DNA of 64,000 bases from Henriciella sp. (GTDB lineage Bacteria > Pseudomonadota > Alphaproteobacteria > Caulobacterales > Hyphomonadaceae). This document shows positions 26,198-35,714 of this stretch, piece by piece. How positions within the stretch are numbered: position 1 is the first letter of the stretch; each line of letters starts with the position of its first letter. The translations under genes and the position numbers were made by a program. The notes beneath the pieces were generated by a model. It was not told the origin of the DNA, ran no database searches, and saw only the letters and a list, made by a program, of their open reading frames with translations. The stretch spans positions 3,563,516-3,627,515 of the forward strand of contig OZ245793.1 in assembly GCA_965228095.1 (NCBI GenBank), given 5' to 3'.

Positions 26198-26621
26198 AGC
26201 TCCCAACTCTTTGAAGGCGGCGATAGAGCGAGCGGCCCGGCCGTTGGGCGGGCTCTCCAACGCTTCACTTGCGATCGGTCGAGATCGATACACGATCCCG
26301 CACGCGGCCAATCCAAACCGCTCTGAAATGTTGCGCCTGGATGATGCGATCAAGTTGGATCAGGCCTGCTTCGATGCCGGCGGCGGTACGCCGATCCTGG
26401 ATCACTATGAGGGGGCCATTGAACATTTCGAGGGTCCGCGACTGAGCTGGTTCGATCATGCGGCCAACACTGTTCGCGAGAGCGCTGAACTGGCGGCAGA
26501 AATCATGGATGCGCTGAAGGATGGGAAAATCTCCAAGTCCGAAAAGCGCGAGATCCAAAAGGCCATCCATGACTCCCAACAGGTTCTCAGCGCTCTAGCC
26601 GCCGATCTGGAGGCGCAGTGA
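26184..26621 (+). CDS. CII-like phage regulatory protein
   Basis: Position after cro; ANPN, ESAELAAEIMDALKDGKISKSE pattern. Confidence 0.6.
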   Translation: MTTRKAPNSLKAAIERAARPLGGLSNASLAIGRDRYTIPHAANPNRSEMLRLDDAIKLDQACFDAGGGTPILDHYEGAIEHFEGPRLSWFDHAANTVRESAELAAEIMDALKDGKISKSEKREIQKAIHDSQQVLSALAADLEAQ

Positions 26622-26872
26622 TGTCGGGATCTGGGACATTCTGCAGCGATTGCGCGTGGCCTTACGAATGCGCCCGCGAAAATGGTTGCCGGCGTCGGGA
26701 TCAGGGCAAGATCCGCGCTCGTCAGTATCGCGAGCGGCCCTTCAAGCAGATTGAGTTCTCGATGAGAGGCGCAACGGCGCCTTCCGTCGACGAGGCAATC
26801 AACGAAATGCCCGCGTCAGCATTCGATGCCGTACGCCAGAGCGCCGAAGCCATGTCGCGAGGTAAGGCATGA
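26618..26872 (+). CDS. Small Cys-rich protein
   Basis: CSDC.W...C....C; overlap-coupled. Confidence 0.5.
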   Translation: MMSGSGTFCSDCAWPYECARENGCRRRDQGKIRARQYRERPFKQIEFSMRGATAPSVDEAINEMPASAFDAVRQSAEAMSRGKA

Positions 26873-27561
26873 CCAAGATCATCCACCTCGGGGCGAACAA
26901 TTACGGCGACGATGACGCCCAACTCTATGAGACGCCGCGTGAAGCCGTTCACGCCTTAATCGCTGCAGATCCGTGGCTTCGTTCCGGAAGCCGGCTCATT
27001 TTGGAGCCAGCCTGTGGGCCAGGCGCGATCACTGCTTCTCTGCAATCAGCAGGGCACGTGGTCATTTCCAGCGACCTCAATCAGTACGAGCTTCGTTGGA
27101 AAGGCAAACCAGGTAAGGGCCTGCAAGCTCCAACCTGGAATGTGAACTTCTTCGACTACAGCCCGTCGGTGTTGTCTGAAACGATCGGCAGTCGCGAATT
27201 CGCAGTGGTCACTAATCCGCCCTATGGCGGAGAGAGAGACTTGGGCAGCAAAGCAGCTCGATTTGTCGCCCATGCGTTAGAACTCGCGCCCCGCGTTTAC
27301 ATGCTGCTCGAGCTTGGTTTTCAGCAGGGCGGCAATCGCTGTGAGTATCGCGACCAGCTGATGGATGGCCCGAACTTCACGGGCTATTTTCCGTTTCGCG
27401 AACGCCTTCGAATGCATCGCGATGAGTATGAAGGCCCCACGAACAATCAGACCCGTCTGCACGCTTGGTATCGTTGGGAGCGTGAGCCGAGTGGGCCCTT
27501 CGTGCATCGCCGACTGACCTGTGATCCCCCCGGCCCCTGCAAATTGCGGAGGGTCGGATGA
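26869..27561 (+). CDS. DNA N6-adenine/N4-cytosine methyltransferase
   Basis: YETP, ILEPACGPG (motif I), VTNPPY (motif IV). Confidence 0.85.
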   Translation: MTKIIHLGANNYGDDDAQLYETPREAVHALIAADPWLRSGSRLILEPACGPGAITASLQSAGHVVISSDLNQYELRWKGKPGKGLQAPTWNVNFFDYSPSVLSETIGSREFAVVTNPPYGGERDLGSKAARFVAHALELAPRVYMLLELGFQQGGNRCEYRDQLMDGPNFTGYFPFRERLRMHRDEYEGPTNNQTRLHAWYRWEREPSGPFVHRRLTCDPPGPCKLRRVG

Positions 27562-28196
27562 AGCAACAGCAATTTCAGTACATGGGCACTGGGCAACCGC
27601 GGGATCCGCGATGGCATCGCCATTCTTCGCCTGAGGATGGCAAATGGTGCATCACGCGGCGGTCCCCTGTCATGCAATTGCTTGCCGCTGGAAAAACGTG
27701 GGGGTTCACCACGTCATATGGTCCGCCTCCCGAAATGATCGGACACAAGCTTGGTTTACATGTCGGCGCCAGTAAGGAGCCGCTCAAGACATTCTCTGAC
27801 TCAGCGAAGGCTGCGATCTCGATGTTGCATGGGTTGCCATTCGAAGAGTGGCGCGAGGCCTTTCGCAATTGGGAAGACAACGACGCTGGAAAGTTCGTTG
27901 GATCCGCAACGCTCGTTGCAGCGTTTCGAACCGGCGGTCTGATGCAGGATTGTGTTCGGCCTTACCGACAGGATTCACTCGGCCACACCTATCTCGGCGA
28001 TTGGTCACGGTTCTCAGGCAGGCTCATCCGTCCGGTAGGGAACTGGGATCCAGGTCGTTGGGTCTGGTGCTTCGATAGCCCTGCCCCCACGCCCTCGAGC
28101 AAAACAAATCCACGCATCAACGGATGGGGTTGGGTTTGGAACGCCAGCAAGGGCCTCAAAATCAGACAAAACGAACAAAAAGGCCTGCTCGTATGA
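27558..28196 (+). CDS. ASCH/PUA-like domain protein (degenerate)
   Basis: GK.W....G..LGLH, VGSATLV, GRWVWCF, GWGWVW resemble ASCH motifs. Confidence 0.45.
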   Translation: MKQQQFQYMGTGQPRDPRWHRHSSPEDGKWCITRRSPVMQLLAAGKTWGFTTSYGPPPEMIGHKLGLHVGASKEPLKTFSDSAKAAISMLHGLPFEEWREAFRNWEDNDAGKFVGSATLVAAFRTGGLMQDCVRPYRQDSLGHTYLGDWSRFSGRLIRPVGNWDPGRWVWCFDSPAPTPSSKTNPRINGWGWVWNASKGLKIRQNEQKGLLV

Positions 28197-28226
28197 GGCG
28201 GGTATCAATCCAAAGGAGGATAAGTC

Positions 28227-29078
28227 ATGGCGGATACGGAACGCGAACCATCTGGTGACGAAAGCTCTCTACGGCCGATCCTAGCGATAGAGGCGAAGGG
28301 GCTGAGGCCAGCGAACTTGTCTCAAATGGAAATGCCTGACCTTCGGTGGCTGTCGCTGGATGTCCTCGTCATCAACGACCAATATCAGCGATCGCTGTCG
28401 AGCAGCTCTCTCAGATCAATCCGGCGCATCGTTCAGAACTTCGATTGGGCTCGCCTTAAGGCGCTGAACGTCACTCCGACCCAGGACGGTTTTTACGAGG
28501 TGGTCGATGGTCAGCATACGGCGATTGCGGCCGCCACTCATGGCTACATCGATGAGTTACCCTGCCTGATATCTGCAACTCGCGATCTCGCGGAGCGTGC
28601 CGGTGACTTTGTGGGCCTGAACAAAGACCGCGTCGCCATTCACCCGCTTCAGCTGTATCGCGCGGAACTAGCGGCTGGGGACGAATTGGCACTCGAGGTT
28701 GAGCAAGGAGTGAAATCGGCTGGTGGGCGCATCATCCCGAGCACAACTGGAATAAGACTTCGGCCTGGCGACTCCTGCGCCATTCAGGCGCTCAAGAAAC
28801 TGGCCAATACAGGCGGGCCAGCTTACGTCAAACGAATTGTCGGCCTCGCTGTCAGCGCTGATCTCGCGCCGCTGACAGCTAACATGATCGCGGCACTGGC
28901 TGAGCTTGCTTGGGAAGATGAGTTCTCGCAGGTGTCCGACGAAGTGATCGTCGATACGCTGCGGGTCTATGGCGCTAATAAACTCGTTTCCCGAGCTAAA
29001 GAGCTGAAGTCGGACACTCCGGGACTGCCGCTGAAGCGCGCCATAGCGGTTGTGATTGCGAGGCTCGCCCGTGTCTGA
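28227..29078 (+). CDS. ParB/Srx-like N-terminal domain protein (DUF6551-like)
   Basis: LVINDQYQR, FDW, YEVVDGQHTAIAA. Confidence 0.7.
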   Translation: MADTEREPSGDESSLRPILAIEAKGLRPANLSQMEMPDLRWLSLDVLVINDQYQRSLSSSSLRSIRRIVQNFDWARLKALNVTPTQDGFYEVVDGQHTAIAAATHGYIDELPCLISATRDLAERAGDFVGLNKDRVAIHPLQLYRAELAAGDELALEVEQGVKSAGGRIIPSTTGIRLRPGDSCAIQALKKLANTGGPAYVKRIVGLAVSADLAPLTANMIAALAELAWEDEFSQVSDEVIVDTLRVYGANKLVSRAKELKSDTPGLPLKRAIAVVIARLARV

Positions 29079-29406
29079 TCTGTTTTCCGCCGGCAGGCCT
29101 TCAGCCGTTCCTCACGCCCGGGACAAGCTCAAATCCGCGCTCAAGTTTGGTGAAGTTGCGAGCGACCTTGGGTTGGCAGGATCGTCGCGTCGCGGTTGGG
29201 ACTGCCCGAGTTGTGGTGCGGAGTTCGCCGTTCGGGAAACTGAAAACCACCGTGGCGGACGCTGCAAATCATGCGGCGAAGGGTTCGATATCATCAACCT
29301 CGTTCGCGAAACTGAGGATCTCGGATTTGAGGCAGCGCTGAAGCGGTTGTCTTCAATTCTCGATGAAAAGTCCAACCCCAAAAAAGGCATGCGGAGACTG
29401 TTTTGA
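29071..29406 (+). CDS. CHC2-like zinc finger protein (primase Zn domain-like)
   Basis: CPSC...CKSCGEGFDIINLV....LGFEAALK.L. Confidence 0.65.
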   Translation: MSDLFSAGRPSAVPHARDKLKSALKFGEVASDLGLAGSSRRGWDCPSCGAEFAVRETENHRGGRCKSCGEGFDIINLVRETEDLGFEAALKRLSSILDEKSNPKKGMRRLF

Positions 29407-30575
29407 CCAAGCATGGAACTGGAATCGAATGGACGCATATCCCGGGTTTCAAAGGTGAGACCTGGAACCCAATAGTTGGGTGCAGCGTGATCAGTCCTGG
29501 CTGCACGAACTGCTACGCGATGAGCATGGCTGCGCGGCTCGAGAAAATGAAGCTGCAACAGTACATGGGCACCACGGTCCCCTCCAAGGCCGGACCGGTT
29601 TGGACGGGGCGATTGAACATCGCATCCGAACAAGTGCTGACCAAACCGCTGCGGTGGTCAAAGCCCCGAGCCATATTCGTGAACTCTATGGGCGATTTGT
29701 TCCACGAAGACGTTCTCGAAGATTGGGTCGCGCGAATATTCGCCATTATGGCACTTTGTCCGCAGCACATCTTCATCGTGCTTACCAAGCGATCAGAGCG
29801 GATGCGTTCCCTGCTGAGCGAAAAAAGCGATGGATGGTTGTTGGGAGACTCCTCACGGCCCGGAACATTGTGTCATGAGATTTACTCAACTGGTTTTAAG
29901 ATCCAGCGCGAGCTTTTTCCCGACCGGGCGCCCGCGGAAAAGGGGCGTGAGCTGGATAGGAAATGGCCGCTACCCAATGTGTGGTTAGGGGTTTCGGTTG
30001 AGGATCAGGTTCGAGCAAATGAGCGCATCCCTGATCTCCTGACCACGCCAGCGAGCAGGCGTTTCTTGAGCTGTGAGCCTCTGCTTGCTCCGGTCGATTT
30101 GAGAGACATCGATGATGGCAGCTATGGCATCGACGCTTTGTCGGGCGAGGTCCATGATATGTTTCGCCCCTGTCGGCCGGTGCCTCCGATCGATTGGGTG
30201 ATCGCAGGGGGCGAGTCTGGGCACAAGGCGCGCCCCGTTCACCCTTATTGGATTTCATCCCTGCGTGATCAGTGTGCAGCAGCTGACGTACCGTTCTTCT
30301 TCAAACAGTGGGGTGAGTGGATGCCTGTCTGCGAGATGACTGACGAATTCTCACAGACGTTACACTATCCCGCGCCCAAGCAAGATCCGCTGCGTACTAC
30401 GCGGAGCAAATACGACCACTGCGTAATCGATGCCGCAGGTACCGTCCGAAAGATCAGCGATGGTATGGCATTCACCGGTGAGCTGCCGATGGGCGTCTAC
30501 AAAGTCGGCAAGGGTAAGGCCGGAAGCAATCTCGCAGGTGAGACGCTCCACAATTGGCCCGAGGTGTCGTCGTGA
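29403..30575 (+). CDS. Phage Gp37/Gp68 (DUF5131) radical-SAM-like protein
   Basis: IEWT, TWNPIVGCSVISPGCTNCYA, IFVNSMGDLFH, FLSCEPLL, WVIAGGESG, FFFKQWG. Confidence 0.9.
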   Translation: MTKHGTGIEWTHIPGFKGETWNPIVGCSVISPGCTNCYAMSMAARLEKMKLQQYMGTTVPSKAGPVWTGRLNIASEQVLTKPLRWSKPRAIFVNSMGDLFHEDVLEDWVARIFAIMALCPQHIFIVLTKRSERMRSLLSEKSDGWLLGDSSRPGTLCHEIYSTGFKIQRELFPDRAPAEKGRELDRKWPLPNVWLGVSVEDQVRANERIPDLLTTPASRRFLSCEPLLAPVDLRDIDDGSYGIDALSGEVHDMFRPCRPVPPIDWVIAGGESGHKARPVHPYWISSLRDQCAAADVPFFFKQWGEWMPVCEMTDEFSQTLHYPAPKQDPLRTTRSKYDHCVIDAAGTVRKISDGMAFTGELPMGVYKVGKGKAGSNLAGETLHNWPEVSS

Positions 30576-30853
30576 GCGTTTACGTCGACGATATGCACAC
30601 CACCCCAATGGGGAAGCTCGGGCGCATGAAAATGTGCCACATGATCGCTGACACCACCGATGAATTGCTCGCCATGGCTGATCGCATCGGCGTTCAGCGC
30701 AAGTGGCTTCAAAAGGCCGGCACACCTCACGAACATTTCGACATTTCGATGTCTAAGCGAGCGCTCGCGGTCGCGGCCGGTGCCGTCGAAATAACCATGC
30801 GGGATCTCGCTCGTAAAACCCGCGCTAAGCGAAAGGCCATCGCCGATGACTGA
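30572..30853 (+). CDS. DUF4031 family protein
   Basis: VYVDD, MCHMIAD..DEL.AMA..IG..RKW.Q, HFDI. Confidence 0.8.
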   Translation: MSVYVDDMHTTPMGKLGRMKMCHMIADTTDELLAMADRIGVQRKWLQKAGTPHEHFDISMSKRALAVAAGAVEITMRDLARKTRAKRKAIADD

Positions 30854-31463
30854 AGATCCAAATCGCCCCTTTTTTGATCGTGAGAAAATCTCGCATGTGA
30901 CCAATCCGGGTCACGGATATGCGCTCGTGAACGGTTGTCAGGGGATATTCGTCGATAGCGTATGTTGGGACTATGAGCAGGCGCTGAAGCAGTGGGTTGA
31001 AAACGGTGGATTCAAAAATGGGGACGATGAACAAATTGTCCGTGTGGCCGTATCGATAATTCATGACTTTGGGCGACCTGAAGATGCGGAACACATTGAT
31101 GATCCGACACTAGGGACGGATCCTCATTTCACGACTGAACGGTTTTCCAAACCGTGCGGTTGTCGTGAAGCGTCGTGTCTCTGCAACGTCGGCGCGGAAC
31201 AGCGAGCCGCATTCGCAATGATCGATGCATTTGCCTTTAAAATGAAAGACAAGTTCGTTCGTTCCAAAGCACTAAAAGGCAAAACAGGTTGGGACGAAGA
31301 GAACTGGTCTTGGTCGTGCTGGCGTCAAATGCGCTCCCATTGCGCTAAAGGTGATCCGGTGGATGTCGCTCTGTTCTCGGCTTTCGCGTGGAATATGAGC
31401 CCAGATGCGGAGGCCTCCGCGGACGGTGCCGTGTTTATGCAAAATACAGGGCGCACGCGATGA
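30846..31463 (+). CDS. Hypothetical phage protein
   Basis: C-terminal KM..K...KG..GW...H..KGDPVDVA pattern seen in phage early genes. Confidence 0.6.
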   Translation: MTEDPNRPFFDREKISHVTNPGHGYALVNGCQGIFVDSVCWDYEQALKQWVENGGFKNGDDEQIVRVAVSIIHDFGRPEDAEHIDDPTLGTDPHFTTERFSKPCGCREASCLCNVGAEQRAAFAMIDAFAFKMKDKFVRSKALKGKTGWDEENWSWSCWRQMRSHCAKGDPVDVALFSAFAWNMSPDAEASADGAVFMQNTGRTR

Positions 31464-31777
31464 CCCACCAACAGCTGTTTCGATGCTTGTACGTGCTGTC
31501 CGTTCTGAAAGATCATGGGCGCATCAACCGCTCCGATCTCGTTGAGTGTTTCGGAATTGGTACCTGTCAGGCCTCGCTGGATTTGACGCGCGTCACAGAG
31601 CTGTGGCCCGAAGCGATGCATTACGACCCAAGCGAGAAAGCTTACCTCGTCGGCACACTGCCATTTGGCGTCCATTGGAAGGGTGTGCACGAAGCAATTC
31701 GATTGGCGGCCGAGCACACAGGTCAGTTGCTAGAGTTGCTGGATCCCTGGTTGCCCGAGAGCGGGGCTTCAGCATGA
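31460..31777 (+). CDS. Stand-alone winged HTH resembling CapW/BrxR N-terminal domain
   Basis: GRINRSDLVECFGI...QASLDL......P....YDPSEKAY; no WYL domain follows. Confidence 0.6.
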   Translation: MTHQQLFRCLYVLSVLKDHGRINRSDLVECFGIGTCQASLDLTRVTELWPEAMHYDPSEKAYLVGTLPFGVHWKGVHEAIRLAAEHTGQLLELLDPWLPESGASA

Positions 31778-32460
31778 CCGACCGTCCCGTAATTTTCTCC
31801 GGTGCGATGGTATTGGCGATGCTGTCTGACGCAAAGACGCAGACGCGTCGTCTCGCCTCATCACCGCTCGCAAAGTGTGTTCCAGGCGATCGACTCTATG
31901 TTCGCGAAGCATTCGGCGATGTGAACCTTTATGGCGCTCCAGGAATTCTCTATCGGGCGGACAAGCACCGATGGGCATTGATGGATGACCCGACTTATCT
32001 CTGCGACGATGGGTCGATGAATTACGATCACCCGCACGGTGACAAGTATCTTTGGGCACAATGGGTAGATGACCTGGAGAGCGGCGCCGAGGGGAATTGG
32101 CGTCCGAGCATTCACATGCCGCGATGGGTGTCTCGCCTATGGCTTTCCGTGACGGATGTCACATTTGAAGCTCTGCAGGATCTGACAGACGACGCGGCCG
32201 AGGCTGAGGGAATGATCTCGGGTTCATTCGGCTGGGACGGTACAACCAAATGGGCCCATGCTGGTGCATGGCGCCTCGATGAGGATCGTAGGCCGCATGC
32301 CGAAACGGCGATGCTGGCGAACTCACCGAAGCATGCCTTCGCGAAGCTGTGGGATACGTTGCACGGATCCAAACAAGGTGAGGCCTGGTCAGACAATCCG
32401 GACGTCGTGGCGCTGACCTATACCGTGCACCGCGGAAACATCGATGGGGGTGATCGTTAA
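31774..32460 (+). CDS. Phage ASCH/PUA-like protein (KTQTRR family)
   Basis: RPVIFSGAMV.A....KTQTRR, GDRLYVRE, WRPSIHMPRW.SR, W..NP.V. Confidence 0.7.
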   Translation: MTDRPVIFSGAMVLAMLSDAKTQTRRLASSPLAKCVPGDRLYVREAFGDVNLYGAPGILYRADKHRWALMDDPTYLCDDGSMNYDHPHGDKYLWAQWVDDLESGAEGNWRPSIHMPRWVSRLWLSVTDVTFEALQDLTDDAAEAEGMISGSFGWDGTTKWAHAGAWRLDEDRRPHAETAMLANSPKHAFAKLWDTLHGSKQGEAWSDNPDVVALTYTVHRGNIDGGDR

Positions 32461-32668
32461 GATGCGCATCATCGATTCTGAGCTTGGGCAATCCGTCATT
32501 CGCCATGCCAAGACCATCGGCTGGATCATCAAGCAAATCTGCCTGGTTTGGGTGATTGTGACCCTCATGATCGTGTTCACAATCGGCTCGCTCTTCGGCG
32601 CGATACCCGGCCTGTATGGCGCGATCCATCGCCAGACTGCCGCCAGCAAGGTTTTGAAGCCTCCATAG
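32444..32668 (+). CDS. Small membrane protein
   Basis: One long hydrophobic segment. Confidence 0.45.
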   Translation: MGVIVKMRIIDSELGQSVIRHAKTIGWIIKQICLVWVIVTLMIVFTIGSLFGAIPGLYGAIHRQTAASKVLKPP

Positions 32669-32699
32669 GTTCAAACCCCGCATCCTCGACGCGGGCAAT

Positions 32700-33884
32700 A
32701 TGGGGCACCGCGTCCACAATTCTTCGGCCAATTTTTTTAACATGGGGGTTTCCGTGAGCGGGAAACGTATATCCGAAAAAACGAACGGCGTTCGGTTGTT
32801 GCTGAACGCTCAAAACGCCGTCTTGGAGCCATCCGGGCGCGCTGGCTGGCTTGGGGCGCTGGCAATGTTCACCGATGCGCAGACGGGGTATTCTGCGTGC
32901 TCTCTCGCCGGCCTTCGCATCGTCGCACGTCAAGACGGCAGATCCTTTCGACGGGCTCTAGAGGCCTGGTCTGGCGATGACTTGCAGCATTTGGTGCTCG
33001 ACCTCGATGCTCGCCGCGGCGGGCCTTTTGACGCGCGTTTGTTTCGTGTCCACTGGGAGCGCCTGCAATGGCTTGCTCGCGGGCTCATGATCACGCGTCG
33101 GCGCATTGGGGCCGGCGCCGCACGTGCGCTCGAGCGCCGAAACCTGATCGGCGCCCCAGCAACTGCTGAGAATTGTGCGGCCGTCATCGCAGCGCTTCAG
33201 GGGGCGCTTTTGGCTGAACAAGAGTTCCAGGCGGCGCGTGAGATAGAGGCCTGCCAGAGCGGGCTTGTTGCCGCCTTCGATGGTTGGCCATCTCGGATCC
33301 TCGATCATGCGAGCGAACTCACCGCGCTCCAGTTTGAAGACCGGGTCGAAATGCTCGCCCCTTCGGCTGTGGAAAAAGACGGACCGCAAAATGGTTTTCT
33401 GGACGCTAACTCGGACATTTTGTCCGCTTACTCGGACATTTTGTCCACGGACCATTATAAGGATGATTCACCCCAAGGGATTCAAAAGCGCGCACGCGAC
33501 GCCAGTCTGTGGACAAAATCGCAACCGTCACTTCCAGGCGGAAACTCTGGCATGGCGGTTCAGGGGGATCGTGCTCAGGCGGACCTGCCATTCTTCAGAT
33601 CGATCAGCGCTCAGTACCTCGCCGCCCGTCTAGGCGGGAGTGGCAAATGGCGGGCTCATATCGGCGAGGCCTTGCTCGGGTGCAGGGTTTGGCAAATCGA
33701 ACAATGCCTGGTGATCGCAGCCACCGATGGTGAGCACGTTGGCAGGCTGCACGAAATCATTGGCTCAAAGCTGGTCGATAATCTTCAGGACCTCGGATTT
33801 GACGGATATCAGATCACTGTTCGACGGGACGATGTCGCCGAAGACGAGGCCCAGACATCGGAGGGTGGTCATGTCGAAACGTAA
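32700..33884 (+). CDS. Probable replication initiator (lambda O position), C-terminal DnaA_N-like domain
   Basis: Position before late activator; internal tandem repeats; start codon uncertain (32700 or 32742). Confidence 0.5.
   Translation: MGHRVHNSSANFFNMGVSVSGKRISEKTNGVRLLLNAQNAVLEPSGRAGWLGALAMFTDAQTGYSACSLAGLRIVARQDGRSFRRALEAWSGDDLQHLVLDLDARRGGPFDARLFRVHWERLQWLARGLMITRRRIGAGAARALERRNLIGAPATAENCAAVIAALQGALLAEQEFQAAREIEACQSGLVAAFDGWPSRILDHASELTALQFEDRVEMLAPSAVEKDGPQNGFLDANSDILSAYSDILSTDHYKDDSPQGIQKRARDASLWTKSQPSLPGGNSGMAVQGDRAQADLPFFRSISAQYLAARLGGSGKWRAHIGEALLGCRVWQIEQCLVIAATDGEHVGRLHEIIGSKLVDNLQDLGFDGYQITVRRDDVAEDEAQTSEGGHVET
32782..32797 (+). repeat. 16-bp motif CGAACGGCGTTCGGTT, copy 3
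   Basis: Identical to the other three copies. Confidence 0.85.
33405..33446 (+). repeat. Two tandem 21-bp repeats (iteron-like)
   Basis: GCT(A/T)ACTCGGACATTTTGTCC x2, each with GGACA-TTT-TGTCC dyad. Confidence 0.75.
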
Positions 33885-34725
33885 GAAAATCAAAGCGGCG
33901 GATCTCTACCCTGACCATGACATCACCATCGAGCCGGAAGCTGATTCGCAGGGAAATCAACCGGCGCCGCCCAAGCAACCGCGTGCGCCTGAGCCGGAAG
34001 CAGAGCCAAATCCTCGAGCAACATTCGTGAGCTTGGGCGAGCTGTACAATCAGCGTGATGATGCCGAGAAACGAGGTTGGAACGACAAAGCCCGAGACAT
34101 CGAAGGGGCGATTGCCGATCGGTTGAAGGATCAACACCGCAAGGATGTCACCATCAATGAGATCCTGGCTGAGGCGCGATCTCAGCGCCGAGCGGTTCAC
34201 CCTTTCATCGTGACTGTCGGCGCTTGCGAAGAACTGACGTTGGTTCACCTAGACATTGGATTGCGGCTCAATGGCCTGCTCGATGGGGTGCCGATGGTTG
34301 GTAGCAATTGGCGCGATCCCGGTGCGGCTATCGTTGCCTCGCATTCGAAGGTTGCGAACCGTGCGGTCTATTCCAAGCACAAGCACAAGCGCAAACAGGA
34401 TCCGGTCAAGACGTTCGAGCCAAAGGTTTCCAAGTCTATCCGGCGTGGCGGCGATGGGGGGATGGCTGCCCGGGTTGATCGACTGCGAGAAACGGAAGGC
34501 ATCTGGCCAACGTTCCTCGCCATCACCGAATCGGAAGGCGAGCGCCTAACGGGCAAGGCGGGCTTTTCGCAGGTCTGCGCGGCGGTGATTCGCGGTGATT
34601 CGGGTATTGAAACCGCCATCAAAGGTAGGGTTCGCGGAAAAATTTCAGTGCTTCGTGAGGCAGCGAGATCTTCGATGGTTGCAGGGCTCGACGCGGTTGC
34701 ACCCATGTTTGCACGCAAGCGGTGA
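33871..34725 (+). CDS. Hypothetical protein at late-activator (Q-like) position
   Basis: GGAGGG RBS; last gene before terminase. Confidence 0.55.
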   Translation: MSKRKKIKAADLYPDHDITIEPEADSQGNQPAPPKQPRAPEPEAEPNPRATFVSLGELYNQRDDAEKRGWNDKARDIEGAIADRLKDQHRKDVTINEILAEARSQRRAVHPFIVTVGACEELTLVHLDIGLRLNGLLDGVPMVGSNWRDPGAAIVASHSKVANRAVYSKHKHKRKQDPVKTFEPKVSKSIRRGGDGGMAARVDRLRETEGIWPTFLAITESEGERLTGKAGFSQVCAAVIRGDSGIETAIKGRVRGKISVLREAARSSMVAGLDAVAPMFARKR

Positions 34726-34824
34726 GCGCAAGTATCGGTTGACGGGGACGCGATATGGCATCAGGAAAACTACATTCCAAAATCTATGTCAGACGGCCAG
34801 ATTGCCCGTGTTTATTGCGGTTTC

Positions 34825-34876
34825 GGGTCCTTCCAGCGTTCAAATACGTTACGGGGGCGCGAAGCGCGTTTTTTTT
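34825..34876 (+). other. Possible packaging/cos-region sequence with short hairpin and T-run
   Basis: GGGTCCTTCC...ACGGGGGCGCGAAGCGCG-T8 just upstream of small terminase; assignment by position only. Confidence 0.3.
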
Positions 34877-34961
34877 CACCAGAGCCAGATCGCCGAAACA
34901 CCTGCAAGTATTTGGAACCTAGTACCACCCATGCAAACTTTAGCCATCGGAGATCTTCGTC

Positions 34962-35714
34962 ATGTCAGGCGCTCCCGACGGCTGGCGCTCCGGGAAGGAC
35001 ACCGAAAAGTATTTCGCCGACCAAGGCATCGAAGTTCACCTCTCAACCATCACGCGCCAGCGCAAAAAATATCCTGAGCTATTCCAGAAAATCGGCCGCA
35101 CGCTGTTCATTGATGCAGAAGCGCTGATCAAAAAGTACCGTGATGACTATCGCGGCGCGATTCACGCTGGTGAGACCAGCAATAAGCGGCCTTCGCGACT
35201 GACTGCGAAGCCCGCGGTACCGGATTCCGTTCGAGCAGCGGCGCCAAAACCGAAGGCGAAGCCTGACACGCCTGACGATGCAGCGGCCGCCCAGCCCGAG
35301 CCGGAAGCGGATCGAACAGTTGTCCCGTTGGATCCAACCCGCCGCAAAGCCCACTACGAGGCGATGCGGCTCGAACGCAACGAGTATGAGGCTCAGGGCT
35401 TGCTGATCCCGGCCACCAGCGCCCATGCCGCGATTGCATACGCCATTGCGGAGGGACAAGGGCAGCATTTGCGCGCCATCGGACCCGCGGCTGAGCGCAT
35501 TGCCGCCATGTTCGCGTCTGAAGAACGCTCGGCAGAGGTCAAAGCGATCTTGGATGACGTTTTTCGGGGCGGATGGAACGGTTTTGCCGCCGCTGCCAGC
35601 CGCGAGATAACGGATTCCAACCCTGAAGCTCTCGATCGCTTTAAGCAGCTGGAGGAATTCGCACATCAGCTGATGTCAGGAGACGATCATGCTCCTGAGG
35701 CCCAGGCTGGATGA
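34962..35714 (+). CDS. Terminase small subunit (Nu1-like)
   Basis: N-terminal HTH-like region, coiled-coil RLERNEYE..GLLIP; directly before large subunit. Confidence 0.7.
   Translation: MSGAPDGWRSGKDTEKYFADQGIEVHLSTITRQRKKYPELFQKIGRTLFIDAEALIKKYRDDYRGAIHAGETSNKRPSRLTAKPAVPDSVRAAAPKPKAKPDTPDDAAAAQPEPEADRTVVPLDPTRRKAHYEAMRLERNEYEAQGLLIPATSAHAAIAYAIAEGQGQHLRAIGPAAERIAAMFASEERSAEVKAILDDVFRGGWNGFAAAASREITDSNPEALDRFKQLEEFAHQLMSGDDHAPEAQAG

Noticed and set aside
26869-27561. Complete restriction-modification system
   Set aside because: No adjacent endonuclease motif is recognisable, so it is treated as an orphan methylase.
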